Shown here: positions 7,820-15,903 of the stretch, piece by piece
Position numbering within the stretch: the stretch's first letter is position 1
Layout of the letters: the number at the start of each line of letters is the position of its first letter
Virus record (IMG/VR): IMGVR_UViG_3300031251_000011
Location: 1-64,000 of that record
Reading direction: 5' to 3' (one strand)
Length of the DNA: 64,000 bases
From: a virus
The notes under the pieces: generated by a model
The model's database searches: none
What the model saw: the letters and a program-made list of their open reading frames with translations, nothing else
What the model was told of the DNA's origin: nothing
Made by a program: the position numbers and the translations under genes

Positions 7820-9851
7820 GAAGCCCCAGCGCTCCCTGCAGCTCCCCCTGTGGAAGCCGGCCACGCGCTGGCTCCCGCCGGAGGAGATGCCGAGCCTGTC
7901 GACCTGGCGCCCCAAGCGCATAGCGATCGACGTGGAGACGCGTGACCCTTCCCTTGCCGCGGACCTCGGCCCCGGCGTGCGCCGCGGCGGGTACATCGTG
8001 GGGCTGGCGCTCGGCATCGACCTTGGCCCGCGCTTCTACTTCCCGGTCCGCCACGAGGGCGGCGGGAACATGGACCCGAAGATGGTGATGGGCTGGGCTC
8101 GAGATGAGCTGAACAGCTACGAGGGCGACGTGGTTGGCTCGAACATCCTCTACGACCTGGACTACCTCGCCGAAGAAGGCGTGACGTTCGGTAAGGTGAA
8201 GGCGACGGGCTGGCACGACGTCCTGCTCGCTGAGCCGATGTTGGATGAACACAAAAGAGGTCGCTACAACCTCGACGCGGTGTCGCTGGAACACCTGGGC
8301 GAGGGCAAGGACGAGGAGGAGCTGCGCGCGTTCGGCCTGGCGTACGGCTGGAAGACGCAGAAGGAGGTCAAGTCGAACATCTGGCGGCTGAGCGGCCCGG
8401 AGGCGGGGACCTACGGCGAGGGCGACGTCGATCGCCCGCTGCGTATCCTTCCCGAGCAGATCAGGAAGCTGGAAGCAGACGAGCAGCTCCACTGCTACGA
8501 CCTGGAGCGCGAGCTTACCCCCTGCCTCCTCGCCATGCGCCGGCGCGGTGTTCGCGTCGACATGAACGCGGTCGACAGGGCGGACGTAATCCTGAAACGG
8601 GAGATCGCCAAGTGGACGCGGGCAGTCCAGAGACTGGCGGGAACCTCCGAGTTTGGTTCGGCCGAGAAGCTGGCGCCCAAGCTGCGCGAGCGCGGTCTGC
8701 ACTACGACATGACAGCGGGAGGCGAGAAAGCCAAGCCGAAGCCGAAGGTCGACAAGGAGTTCCTGGAGAAGAACCAGGGCGACGAGCTTGTCGACGCGAT
8801 CGCCATGGCGCGGCGGATGTTCACGCTGAAGAACACGTTCATCGACGGTGCGTTCCGGTCGTACGTTGTCAAGGGGCGCATCCATCCCTCGTTCAACCAG
8901 GCGAAGGGCGACGAGACGGGGACGGTGGGCTCGCGCTTCTCCGGGTCTGATCCGAACCTGCAGTTCATCCCGACGCGCGAGAGCGAGTGGGACGAGCAAC
9001 TCGACTTCGGAGACGCGGGGACCGTGTCGAAGATGATACGCGGCTGCGTATGCCCCGACGAGGGCGAGGACTGGCAGCGCGACGACTACAGCCAGGTGGA
9101 ATTTCGGCTCCTCGCGCACTTCGCCGTGGGACAGGGGGCGGAGGCTGCGCGCCAGCGTTACCGTGACGACCCGAAGACCGACTTCCACAAGCTCTGCGCC
9201 GAGATGCTCGGCGTCGACCCCGAGGATAAGGTCAAGCGGAAGCGCGTGAAGAACACGAACTTCGGACGTCTGTACGGCGCGCAGGTTCGGAAGCTGTCCG
9301 TAACGTTCAACTGTTCCGAGGAGGAGGCGCAGAGCTTCATCGACGAGTACGACCGACATCTGCCGTTCGCGAACAAGACGATGACGACGGCGGCGCAGTG
9401 GGCGCAGCGCCGCGGGTACGTCGTGACCGTCCTCGGGCGCAAGCAGCGGTTCCCGTTCTGGGTTCCGGCGTTCAACGGCCGCGGGAAGGTCCCGCTTCGG
9501 CTGGAAGAGGCTCGGAAGCGCTACGGCCGTTACGGCGACGACGGCGCGTGGATTTCGGAGCGGCTCGTTCGCGCGAAGGACTACGTGGCATTGAACAGGA
9601 AGCTCCAGTCTTCGGCGGGAGAGCTGATGAAGCTGGCGATGCGCGACGCCTGGCGCGCGGGCCTGTGCGAGCCGGAAGCCCTGGGCCCGCTCCTCGTCAC
9701 GGTGCATGATGAATTAGGAAGCTCGGTCCCAAAGACGAAGCGCGGCGACGAGGCGGGCAAAGAGCTGACTCGTATAATGACTAACGTCGCGGCACTGAAA
9801 GTCCCGCTGCTCGTCGACAGCGCGCGCGGGACGAACTGGGGCGACGTATGA
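7812..9851 (+). CDS. polA: Family A DNA polymerase with 3'-5' exonuclease domain
   Basis: AIDVET, NILYDL exonuclease motifs; RFSGSDPNLQ; motif A DYSQVEFR; motif B KNTNFGRLYG; motif C VHDE. Confidence 0.96.
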   Translation: MAKKPQRSLQLPLWKPATRWLPPEEMPSLSTWRPKRIAIDVETRDPSLAADLGPGVRRGGYIVGLALGIDLGPRFYFPVRHEGGGNMDPKMVMGWARDELNSYEGDVVGSNILYDLDYLAEEGVTFGKVKATGWHDVLLAEPMLDEHKRGRYNLDAVSLEHLGEGKDEEELRAFGLAYGWKTQKEVKSNIWRLSGPEAGTYGEGDVDRPLRILPEQIRKLEADEQLHCYDLERELTPCLLAMRRRGVRVDMNAVDRADVILKREIAKWTRAVQRLAGTSEFGSAEKLAPKLRERGLHYDMTAGGEKAKPKPKVDKEFLEKNQGDELVDAIAMARRMFTLKNTFIDGAFRSYVVKGRIHPSFNQAKGDETGTVGSRFSGSDPNLQFIPTRESEWDEQLDFGDAGTVSKMIRGCVCPDEGEDWQRDDYSQVEFRLLAHFAVGQGAEAARQRYRDDPKTDFHKLCAEMLGVDPEDKVKRKRVKNTNFGRLYGAQVRKLSVTFNCSEEEAQSFIDEYDRHLPFANKTMTTAAQWAQRRGYVVTVLGRKQRFPFWVPAFNGRGKVPLRLEEARKRYGRYGDDGAWISERLVRAKDYVALNRKLQSSAGELMKLAMRDAWRAGLCEPEALGPLLVTVHDELGSSVPKTKRGDEAGKELTRIMTNVAALKVPLLVDSARGTNWGDV

Positions 9852-10543
9852 AGTCTGATTATTACGTCTACCTCCTGTTCAGGGAAACCGGGCGACCTCT
9901 CTACGTGGGCCGCGGTCGAGGACGACGCTGGAATGTGCACGAGCAGACGGCGCTGACCGGGGACACTCACAGGGACCGCGCCGTGCGGAAGGTTCTCAAG
10001 GCGATCGGATCGGTCCCGAAGGTTAAGCTGAACGAAAACCTAACGGTTGAAGAAGCTAACGAGCTTGAGCGGCTGTGGATACGGACGATCGGACGGGAGC
10101 CTGCAGGGCCGCTGATAAACCAGACGGACGGCGGTGACGGTCTGACCAACCCTTCGGCGGAGGTACGTTACCGCTGTGGGAGCGGGAACAGAGGGCGGAA
10201 GTTGCCGGAGATCACGTGTCAGCGGATGAGCGCATCAAGGGCGGGCTTCACCCTCTCGCCGGAGGCCCGCGCGAGATGCGCTGCCACCAATAAAGCCCGC
10301 GGCCACAAACGAACCGCTGAGACAAGGGCGAAGATGAGCGCGGCCAAGCTGGGGAAGCCCGCGGCGCGTATCGGTTTCAAGCTGACTGAAGAACATAAAG
10401 CTAAGCTGCGCGGACCGCGAGGACCTCAGCCTAACATGCGAGGCCCGCGCGGGAGCTGGTTTCGGGGCAGGCGCGGAAATACTTACATTGACTTCGCCCC
10501 GCGGGAACGTGGCGACAAGAGAGGAAGAGGTAAAATAAAATGA
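9848..10543 (+). mobile_element. Free-standing GIY-YIG homing endonuclease with NUMOD3-like repeats
   Basis: YYVYLL...LYVGRG...R, E..ELE, NQTDGGDG, then ETRAKMSAAK / EEHKAKL repeats; less GC-biased codons than neighbours. Confidence 0.85.
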
Positions 10544-11169
10544 ATGATCTAATCCTAGTTTGGGACACTGAAACATCGGGTTTCCCCAAGGACGACCTCG
10601 GCCTGGGCCACCACACGCAGCCCAAGCTCGCGTCGATCGCGGCGACATTGTATAAACCCGACGCGACGCAGCTCGCCTCTTTCAACTTCATCGTGCGCCC
10701 CGACCTCAACGCGGACGGGACGCCCGCGTGGACCATGCCGCCGAAGGTCGTGAAGATACACGGCATCAGCACGGAGATCGCGATGGCGGCCGGCGTCACT
10801 CTCCGCGTCGCGATCGCCGCCTTCACCAACATGCGAGGCCGCGCGGCCGAGATCGTCGCGCACAACCGGAAGTTCGACGAGAAGATGGTCGAGATCGCGC
10901 TCGCCTACATGGGCGTGAAGGCCTCTAACCCGTGGCCGGAGAAACGCGTATGTACATGCACAGACGACGCCGTCGTCGAGCTGGTGAAGGCGAAGCCGTC
11001 CGCCAAGCAGAAGCAGTATTACCCGGACAAGAAGTACAAGACACCGAACCTCACGGAGCTGCACACGTTCCTCTTCAAGGAGGGCTTCGAGGGAGCCCAC
11101 GGAGCGGCGGCGGACCGGGACGCGTGCGCCAGGTGCTTCTTTGAGCTGAGGAAGAGGGGCATGGTATGA
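10540..11169 (+). CDS. DEDDh 3'-5' exonuclease (DnaQ-like)
   Basis: WDTETSG, IHGIS, AHNRKFD, AHGAAAD. Confidence 0.92.
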   Translation: MNDLILVWDTETSGFPKDDLGLGHHTQPKLASIAATLYKPDATQLASFNFIVRPDLNADGTPAWTMPPKVVKIHGISTEIAMAAGVTLRVAIAAFTNMRGRAAEIVAHNRKFDEKMVEIALAYMGVKASNPWPEKRVCTCTDDAVVELVKAKPSAKQKQYYPDKKYKTPNLTELHTFLFKEGFEGAHGAAADRDACARCFFELRKRGMV

Positions 11170-11471
11170 GGGCTCTGCGGCTCTGCCTGGCGATCGCCCT
11201 GCTGTCGGCTCCTGCGATCGCGCAGGACAGCATGCCACCGATCTACACTTTTGACGCAGGATCGCAGAGCGGCTTCGCGATGCCTTCGCCGCAGCTGACC
11301 ATAGCGGCGGCGCATTCAAAAACTATCATAACAGTCTCAGAAGATATGTTGACGGTGACGTTCGATTGGCCGGCGGTGGAGAGCTGCGTGTCCGACCCTG
11401 GGTTAGGCTACCTGCTCAGGAACTTCTGCGCCGTGGCAGTCGCGGCCAGGAAGGAAGGGGCGGAGCGATGA
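11166..11471 (+). CDS. Hypothetical exported protein
   Basis: Signal-peptide-like MRALRLCLAIALLSAPAIA-QDS; two Cys in the mature part. Confidence 0.65.
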   Translation: MRALRLCLAIALLSAPAIAQDSMPPIYTFDAGSQSGFAMPSPQLTIAAAHSKTIITVSEDMLTVTFDWPAVESCVSDPGLGYLLRNFCAVAVAARKEGAER

Positions 11472-11686
11472 CGCGCCTTCTCGCTGTCGTGCCGTTAACC
11501 GTGGGCTTCTGTTTCGTCGGGATGAGCTGGAGCGTGTTCATGGAAACTTACGTCACGCCGCCTTCCTGGTACTGTGACGTTGGGCGTTACGGCGCGCAAA
11601 CACTTCTGGTCATTATGACCTTAACGGCCGCGTCGGCCGCGTTCTTCACCGCGTTCTGCGTTGCCACTAAACGACGGAAGCCGTGA
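11468..11686 (+). CDS. Small membrane protein (two hydrophobic segments)
   Basis: MTRLLAVVPLTVGFCFVG... and LLVIMTLTAASAAFF; 4-nt overlaps at both ends. Confidence 0.6.
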   Translation: MTRLLAVVPLTVGFCFVGMSWSVFMETYVTPPSWYCDVGRYGAQTLLVIMTLTAASAAFFTAFCVATKRRKP

Positions 11687-12243
11687 TGAAACGCAAAGAC
11701 TTCGACCTGCTCCGCAAGTTCATGAAGATGACGGAGTCGGACAACGACGCCGAGGCCCTGGTGGCGATCAGGAAGGCCAACGGCGTGATCGCGAAGGCCG
11801 AGGTCTCGTGGGACAGGTTCTTCGACCGCGCCGTCAGGATCGAGGTGGAGGACGCCAGCAGCTACGGCGAGAAGGCGCGAGGGGAGCCGGCAAAGGACGT
11901 CCCGCCGCGACAGCAGGACCACGTGCCGGCCGACGACGAGGGCCTGCACGACGAGCCTCCCGGCTACCCCGAGGGCTACCATGAACAATCGCAACCGAGC
12001 AACCCCCGCGCGGCCGCGGTAGGCAGGCTCGACAAGGAAGCTGAGGAGGAGCTGGCGCGGGTCACAGCTGCCTTCGCCGTCATCGACGAGGTCGGCGTGG
12101 GCGACGAGAAGGCTAAGTCGTTCATCGAGAGCCTGCGCTCGCAGTGGAAGCGCAAGGGAACGTTGAGCGGACCGCAGATGGCCGCGCTCGACAAGTTCAA
12201 GGCGGGGGCGGAGCGGTTCAAGAACAGCAGGGGTTACAGATGA
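11683..12243 (+). CDS. Hypothetical protein with DUF2786-like N-terminal helices
   Basis: LLRKFMKMTESDNDAEALVAIRKAN; C-terminal FIESL..QW....LSGPQ. Confidence 0.7.
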   Translation: MMKRKDFDLLRKFMKMTESDNDAEALVAIRKANGVIAKAEVSWDRFFDRAVRIEVEDASSYGEKARGEPAKDVPPRQQDHVPADDEGLHDEPPGYPEGYHEQSQPSNPRAAAVGRLDKEAEEELARVTAAFAVIDEVGVGDEKAKSFIESLRSQWKRKGTLSGPQMAALDKFKAGAERFKNSRGYR

Positions 12244-12323
12244 CAGTCTACGAAGTCTTCGTTTTGGGTGTGGTGTTCGTGGCGTTCGCGTTCGGCCTGG
12301 GTTTGTCGGGATGGCCACGGTGA
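12240..12323 (+). CDS. Very small membrane peptide
   Basis: MTVYEVFVLGVVFVAFAFGLGLSGWPR*; ATGA overlap; fills the gap. Confidence 0.45.
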   Translation: MTVYEVFVLGVVFVAFAFGLGLSGWPR

Positions 12324-12772
12324 GCGAGTCCGAGCTGAGCGCGCTGTTCCGCCGCGAGATGGCGCCGTTCGGCAGGACGCACCCGATCGAGTGCCCCGAC
12401 TCCGACAAGATGGGAACGCCCGACTGCGTCTGCCTGCTGCGGAGACCTCACGCTCCTCACGACCCAGGCGTCGGCGGCGTGACTGCGTGGGTGGAGTTCA
12501 AGCACGAGCCCGCGTGGCCGAAGATGCCGAACACGCCGCTTCGCCTGAAGAGGTTCACGGCAGCTCAGCTGTCGTTCCTGACAGGTTGGCACGCGGGCGG
12601 CGGCAGATGCGCGATGCTGCTGCAGGTGAAGAGCTACTACCTGCTCCTCCCCCCCTGGCACCTGCGGCAGGTCTTCGAGGGACGAACGCAGAGCGAGCTG
12701 AAGATGCTAGGGGTCGTAACTAGCGGCGTTGGTTTTCCGACGGCCTACATCATGAAGTGGTTGACACGATGA
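12311..12772 (+). CDS. PD-(D/E)xK nuclease, VRR-NUC/Holliday junction resolvase-like
   Basis: SESEL, GTPD, WVEFK, FTAAQLSFL...AGG; true start may be GTG at 12320. Confidence 0.82.
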   Translation: MATVSESELSALFRREMAPFGRTHPIECPDSDKMGTPDCVCLLRRPHAPHDPGVGGVTAWVEFKHEPAWPKMPNTPLRLKRFTAAQLSFLTGWHAGGGRCAMLLQVKSYYLLLPPWHLRQVFEGRTQSELKMLGVVTSGVGFPTAYIMKWLTR

Positions 12773-13239
12773 ATAATTTATTGAGCAGGCGGCTGACGCC
12801 AGGCGAGCGCCTGCTGCTGTGGCGACGCAGCTTCGGATGGACGCAGACGCACGCGGCGATCCACACCGGCTTCTGTCGACAGCTCTACTCGCTGATGGAG
12901 CTTGACCAACACACGCCGATGATACGAACAGGACCGACGGGAAGACTGTCGTTTAGACCCGACATACGTGAACCCTTGGACGAGGCTAAGCTGTTGTTCC
13001 TTGCGCGCCGTCGTTCCGGCCTGACCCTGGAGGAGATCGGGAAGAGGCTAAACGTCTCCCGCCCGACGGTTCTAAAGTGGGAGGACAGGGGGGACGCGAG
13101 GCTGAGGGCCTTCTACAAAACGCCTTCGTCGCTGAAAATAACGGCTGCGCCGAAAGGCATCCGGGTCGGGGCGCGGGTCACGGGACCCAACGGGTACAAA
13201 GGCAGGATCATCGCGGTCAGTGGTTCGGGAAAGGCCTAA
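12769..13239 (+). CDS. Tandem XRE-type HTH DNA-binding protein
   Basis: Two HTH units: RRSFGWTQTHAA...YSLME and RRRSGLTLEEIG...VSRPTVLKWE. Confidence 0.8.
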   Translation: MNNLLSRRLTPGERLLLWRRSFGWTQTHAAIHTGFCRQLYSLMELDQHTPMIRTGPTGRLSFRPDIREPLDEAKLLFLARRRSGLTLEEIGKRLNVSRPTVLKWEDRGDARLRAFYKTPSSLKITAAPKGIRVGARVTGPNGYKGRIIAVSGSGKA

Positions 13240-13255
13240 AACAGGCCCTTTCTTC
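13233..13255 (+). terminator. Weak intrinsic terminator candidate
   Basis: GGCCT-AAAAC-AGGCC followed by CTTTCTTC at the end of the replication operon. Confidence 0.35.
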
Positions 13256-13259
13256 ACTG

Positions 13260-13289
13260 TTTACTCCTGCCTAGACTTAGGCTTATAAT
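13260..13289 (+). promoter_or_regulatory. Sigma70-like early promoter
   Basis: TTTACT-N18-TATAAT; same architecture recurs at 18802. Confidence 0.7.
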
Positions 13290-13300
13290 CCTCCCCGAGG

Positions 13301-13323
13301 GCGGCAAGCCGACACGGACCCGC
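13301..13323 (+). promoter_or_regulatory. Leader motif AGCCGACACGGA, copy 1, in a stem-loop
   Basis: 12-mer at 13307-13318 closed by GCGG/CCGC. Confidence 0.6.
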
Positions 13324-13353
13324 AGACCTCAGAATGGATAAGGAGACTTTCAG

Positions 13354-13749
13354 ATGGCCCGTTACTCCACCGCCGACGTCCGCGTCGTTCAGGACCTCGT
13401 CAACAAGGCCGTGAAGGCCGCCCTCGCCGGGACAGGCTTTGAGATTGAGAACACGAAGGGGACCTACGGCGACAAGCTCGCCGTCAGCGTCAACTTCAAG
13501 CGCGCGGGAGAGGCCGGCGCTAACGACGTTCGCGACAAGTGGAACGCGTACTGCGGCCTCTACGACCTGAAGCCCACGGACTTCGAGGCGACCTTCGTCA
13601 ACGGCGGCAAGACCTACAAGGCCGTCGGCTTCAACCTGAACCGCCCCAAGTACCCGCTCGTCGGCGTCGAGGTGGAGACCGGCAAGACGCTGTTCTTCAC
13701 GGAGCTGAGCATCAGCAAGATCAAGCGCAACGCGCTCGTCGCCGCGTAA
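13354..13749 (+). CDS. Early hypothetical protein
   Basis: TAAGGAG RBS; strongly biased codon usage. Confidence 0.85.
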   Translation: MARYSTADVRVVQDLVNKAVKAALAGTGFEIENTKGTYGDKLAVSVNFKRAGEAGANDVRDKWNAYCGLYDLKPTDFEATFVNGGKTYKAVGFNLNRPKYPLVGVEVETGKTLFFTELSISKIKRNALVAA

Positions 13750-13762
13750 CCTCCTCCTCTCA

Positions 13763-13802
13763 CTCAACCCCGCTCAGGCTAGGACCCTGACGCGGGGTTG
13801 AG
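13763..13802 (+). other. Conserved bulged RNA hairpin, copy 1
   Basis: CTCAACCCCGC-TCAGG-loop7-CCTGA-C-GCGGGGTTGAG. Confidence 0.7.
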
Positions 13803-13811
13803 CTGTCAGAA

Positions 13812-13834
13812 GGGGCCAGCCGACACGGAGCCCC
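13812..13834 (+). promoter_or_regulatory. Leader motif AGCCGACACGGA, copy 2
   Basis: 12-mer at 13818-13829 closed by GGGGC/GCCCC. Confidence 0.6.
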
Positions 13835-13855
13835 GACTTGAATGGAGACTGAAAC

Positions 13856-14038
13856 ATGTTCTACACTTTCCTCAGAGGCGACGGCCGCGAGCTGGGCCCG
13901 TTCGCTTTCCTCCGCGAGGCGATCAGCGCCGCGGTGGAGCACAACATCCCCGCGCAGGTCACGGAGCAGGTCGGAGACGAGCGCGTCGTCCGCGGCTTCT
14001 GGAACAACCTGGGCGGCTACCGCGCGGTGCAGTCATGA
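13856..14038 (+). CDS. Early hypothetical protein
   Basis: GGAG RBS; 60 aa with GPF motif. Confidence 0.7.
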   Translation: MFYTFLRGDGRELGPFAFLREAISAAVEHNIPAQVTEQVGDERVVRGFWNNLGGYRAVQS

Positions 14039-14292
14039 CCTTCGCGGAGTGGAAGGCTACCCGCCGCGAGGTCCCCAACCTCGACGCGCACTTCGGCGAC
14101 GGAGACGGCACGACCTGCTCGGAGGGTCCGGGCTACGTCTACGCGGGCGAGTGTTACATCACGCAACTTATGGACGGTGAGGTGGAGAACGGCTTCCACT
14201 TGCACGTCGGGACTGAGGAGTGGACCTTCGAGGACCTCGGCGAGGCGGAGGCCAAGCTGTGGGAAGTCTGGGCCGAGGGAGAGGTTGCTTAG
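14035..14292 (+). CDS. Early hypothetical acidic protein
   Basis: MTFAEWKATRREV...; ATGA overlap. Confidence 0.75.
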   Translation: MTFAEWKATRREVPNLDAHFGDGDGTTCSEGPGYVYAGECYITQLMDGEVENGFHLHVGTEEWTFEDLGEAEAKLWEVWAEGEVA

Positions 14293-14358
14293 GTCTCTGC
14301 CGGTGAGTGCTCCTCCTGCGATGACCTTCATCGCGTAACAGAGACCGAGCAACCGGGT

Positions 14359-14399
14359 CTCGACCCCGCTCAGCCCTGAAAAGCTGACGCGGGGTTGAG
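14359..14399 (+). other. Conserved bulged RNA hairpin, copy 2
   Basis: CTCGACCCCGC-TCAGC-loop8-GCTGA-C-GCGGGGTTGAG. Confidence 0.7.
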
Positions 14400-14451
14400 G
14401 CGACAGAGGAGCCGGATTGTCTGGTCCTCGGTAACAGAAGAGAGCGAGAAC

Positions 14452-14670
14452 ATGGCTGCAGTGAAGATCGAGTACGCGAAGGACAAGATCATCGTCACCA
14501 TCCCCTACAAGGAGGCCGACATCGAGGCGGCGCCCCTGTCCGGCACGGGCGTCTCCAAGATGATCACGCAGACCAAGGGCTTCGTCGACGTCCCCGACTG
14601 CCCCGGCGAGCCGCGCATCTCCGTCACCCTCATCAAGCCGCTGCCGAAGGACCAGCGCCCGAAGAAGTAG
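14452..14670 (+). CDS. Early hypothetical protein
   Basis: MAAVKIEYAKDKIIVTIP...PLSGTGVSKMI..TKGF; typical codon usage. Confidence 0.8.
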   Translation: MAAVKIEYAKDKIIVTIPYKEADIEAAPLSGTGVSKMITQTKGFVDVPDCPGEPRISVTLIKPLPKDQRPKK

Positions 14671-14687
14671 CCTGCCGATCGCCTGCC

Positions 14688-14720
14688 GGCCCGCCCAGCC
14701 CTGAGAAGCTGGAGCGGGCC
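14688..14720 (+). other. Conserved bulged RNA hairpin, copy 3
   Basis: GGCCCGC-CCAGC-loop8-GCTGG-A-GCGGGCC. Confidence 0.65.
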
Positions 14721-14758
14721 TTAGGCGTTGAGTAGAGCCAGAAAGAAGGAGATCAACC

Positions 14759-14989
14759 ATGGCTGAAGACGGACCCGGCAACCTGAACGAGATCAGGATG
14801 TTCCAGCACTGCGCCCTGTGCATCCACGAGCTGCCCGCCGGGACCTCCCCGGCTGACTTCGCCCAGCTTGAGATGGGCTGGACCAAGCGCGGCTTTCAGG
14901 TCTGGTGCAGACGCCACGACGCCAACGTTTTGCACGTCGACTTCGAGGGCGCGACGCACAAGGCCAACACGACCAGGAGGAGCAACTAG
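14759..14989 (+). CDS. Small Cys/His protein (HCALC...WCRRH)
   Basis: AAGGAG RBS; potential Zn ligands. Confidence 0.75.
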   Translation: MAEDGPGNLNEIRMFQHCALCIHELPAGTSPADFAQLEMGWTKRGFQVWCRRHDANVLHVDFEGATHKANTTRRSN

Positions 14990-15187
14990 ATGACGACCCT
15001 CGCGCCCTACGACAGGCTGCTGCTCACGCGGCACCTGAAGTCGGCGGCGACCCACTACGACGGGATCGTCTCGACGCTCTGGAACGACCCGCGCTGCAAC
15101 GCGCACAGGCCGCTGATCGAGAGCTACCAGAAGCTCGCCGTCGAGGCGCGCACTTTCGTCAAGCGCCTGGAGGATGACAAGTCATGA
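14990..15187 (+). CDS. Hypothetical protein
   Basis: AGGAGGAG RBS; abuts neighbours. Confidence 0.7.
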   Translation: MTTLAPYDRLLLTRHLKSAATHYDGIVSTLWNDPRCNAHRPLIESYQKLAVEARTFVKRLEDDKS

Positions 15188-15903
15188 GCAACCGCCCGAC
15201 CAGGATCGACTTCTTCGACGGGACGGCCCACGACTTCCTGTCAAACTTCCACGCGGCAGAGCCGATCGAGTACGACGGCCGCCTCTGGCCGACGACCGAG
15301 CATGCGTTCCAGGCGATGAAGACACTCGACTTCAACTACAGGAGGAAGATCAGCCTCACGAAGGGTCCGGGCGCCGCGAAGGGCCTGGGCCAGCGGGCCG
15401 CCTTCGTCAAGCACGGCGTCGAGCTGCGCCCGGACTGGGACACGGTGAAGTTCGGCCACATGCTGGACCTCCTCCGGATCAAGTTCGCGCAGTCGAAGAT
15501 GAGGAAGTTGCTGCTCGGGACGGGCGACGCGGAGCTGGTCGAGGGCAACGTCTGGAACGACACCTGCTGGGGCGTGGAATACTTCCCGCGACAGAACGGT
15601 CGCCTGGGCGTCGGGACCAACCACCTGGGGCGTCAGCTGATGCGCGTGCGGGCGGAGATCAGGCCACAGATCAGAACCATGTGGCAGGTGACTGGCATCG
15701 GGTTTAACGGCTTCTACGAGCGCACCGTCGAGTGCAGGACCCTGGCCGGCGTGAGGAGGGCGGCGGAGAAGCTCGCGGCGAAAATGCGGGCGCCCCTCCT
15801 GTCTCCCGGAAAAATCACGGCCATGTTTTTGGGCGGGAGTTCAGACCCCCGCAGGATCGTCGGCGAGGGTGGGAGTTACGTGGAAGTGGAGCAGGTGAAA
15901 TGA
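15184..15903 (+). CDS. NADAR (YbiA-like) ADP-ribosyl hydrolase with C-terminal extension
   Basis: FLSNFH...WPTTEHAFQAMK...AKGLG...RPDWD...KF.Q...LLLGTGDAELVEGNVWNDTCWG...GTNHLGRQLMRVR. Confidence 0.93.
   Translation: MSNRPTRIDFFDGTAHDFLSNFHAAEPIEYDGRLWPTTEHAFQAMKTLDFNYRRKISLTKGPGAAKGLGQRAAFVKHGVELRPDWDTVKFGHMLDLLRIKFAQSKMRKLLLGTGDAELVEGNVWNDTCWGVEYFPRQNGRLGVGTNHLGRQLMRVRAEIRPQIRTMWQVTGIGFNGFYERTVECRTLAGVRRAAEKLAAKMRAPLLSPGKITAMFLGGSSDPRRIVGEGGSYVEVEQVK

Noticed and set aside
7512-9707. Long antisense ORFs (also 40920-42719, 43782-45305, 50791-53334, 57346-59124)
   Set aside because: They mirror well-supported genes on the other strand, have no recognisable motifs, and are expected shadows of high-GC codon usage.
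9848-10543. Group I intron or intein associated with the polymerase endonuclease
   Set aside because: PolA ends with a normal C-terminus before the endonuclease, flanking genes overlap it by 4 nt, and there is no room for intron core sequence.
12761-12790. Perfect TTGACA -35 box
   Set aside because: Inside coding overlap with no -10 box at suitable spacing.
14291-14356. HDV-like (theta) ribozyme, suggested by TGC-TCCTCCT-GCG resembling P3/L3
   Set aside because: P1 would be only 5 bp and the GG for P1.1 and a proper J4/2 are missing; kept only as a generic structured RNA.
14373-14387. Lambda boxB-like GCCCTGAAAA
   Set aside because: The closing GGGC arm is absent, the pairing register differs, and no boxA or N-like gene is evident.
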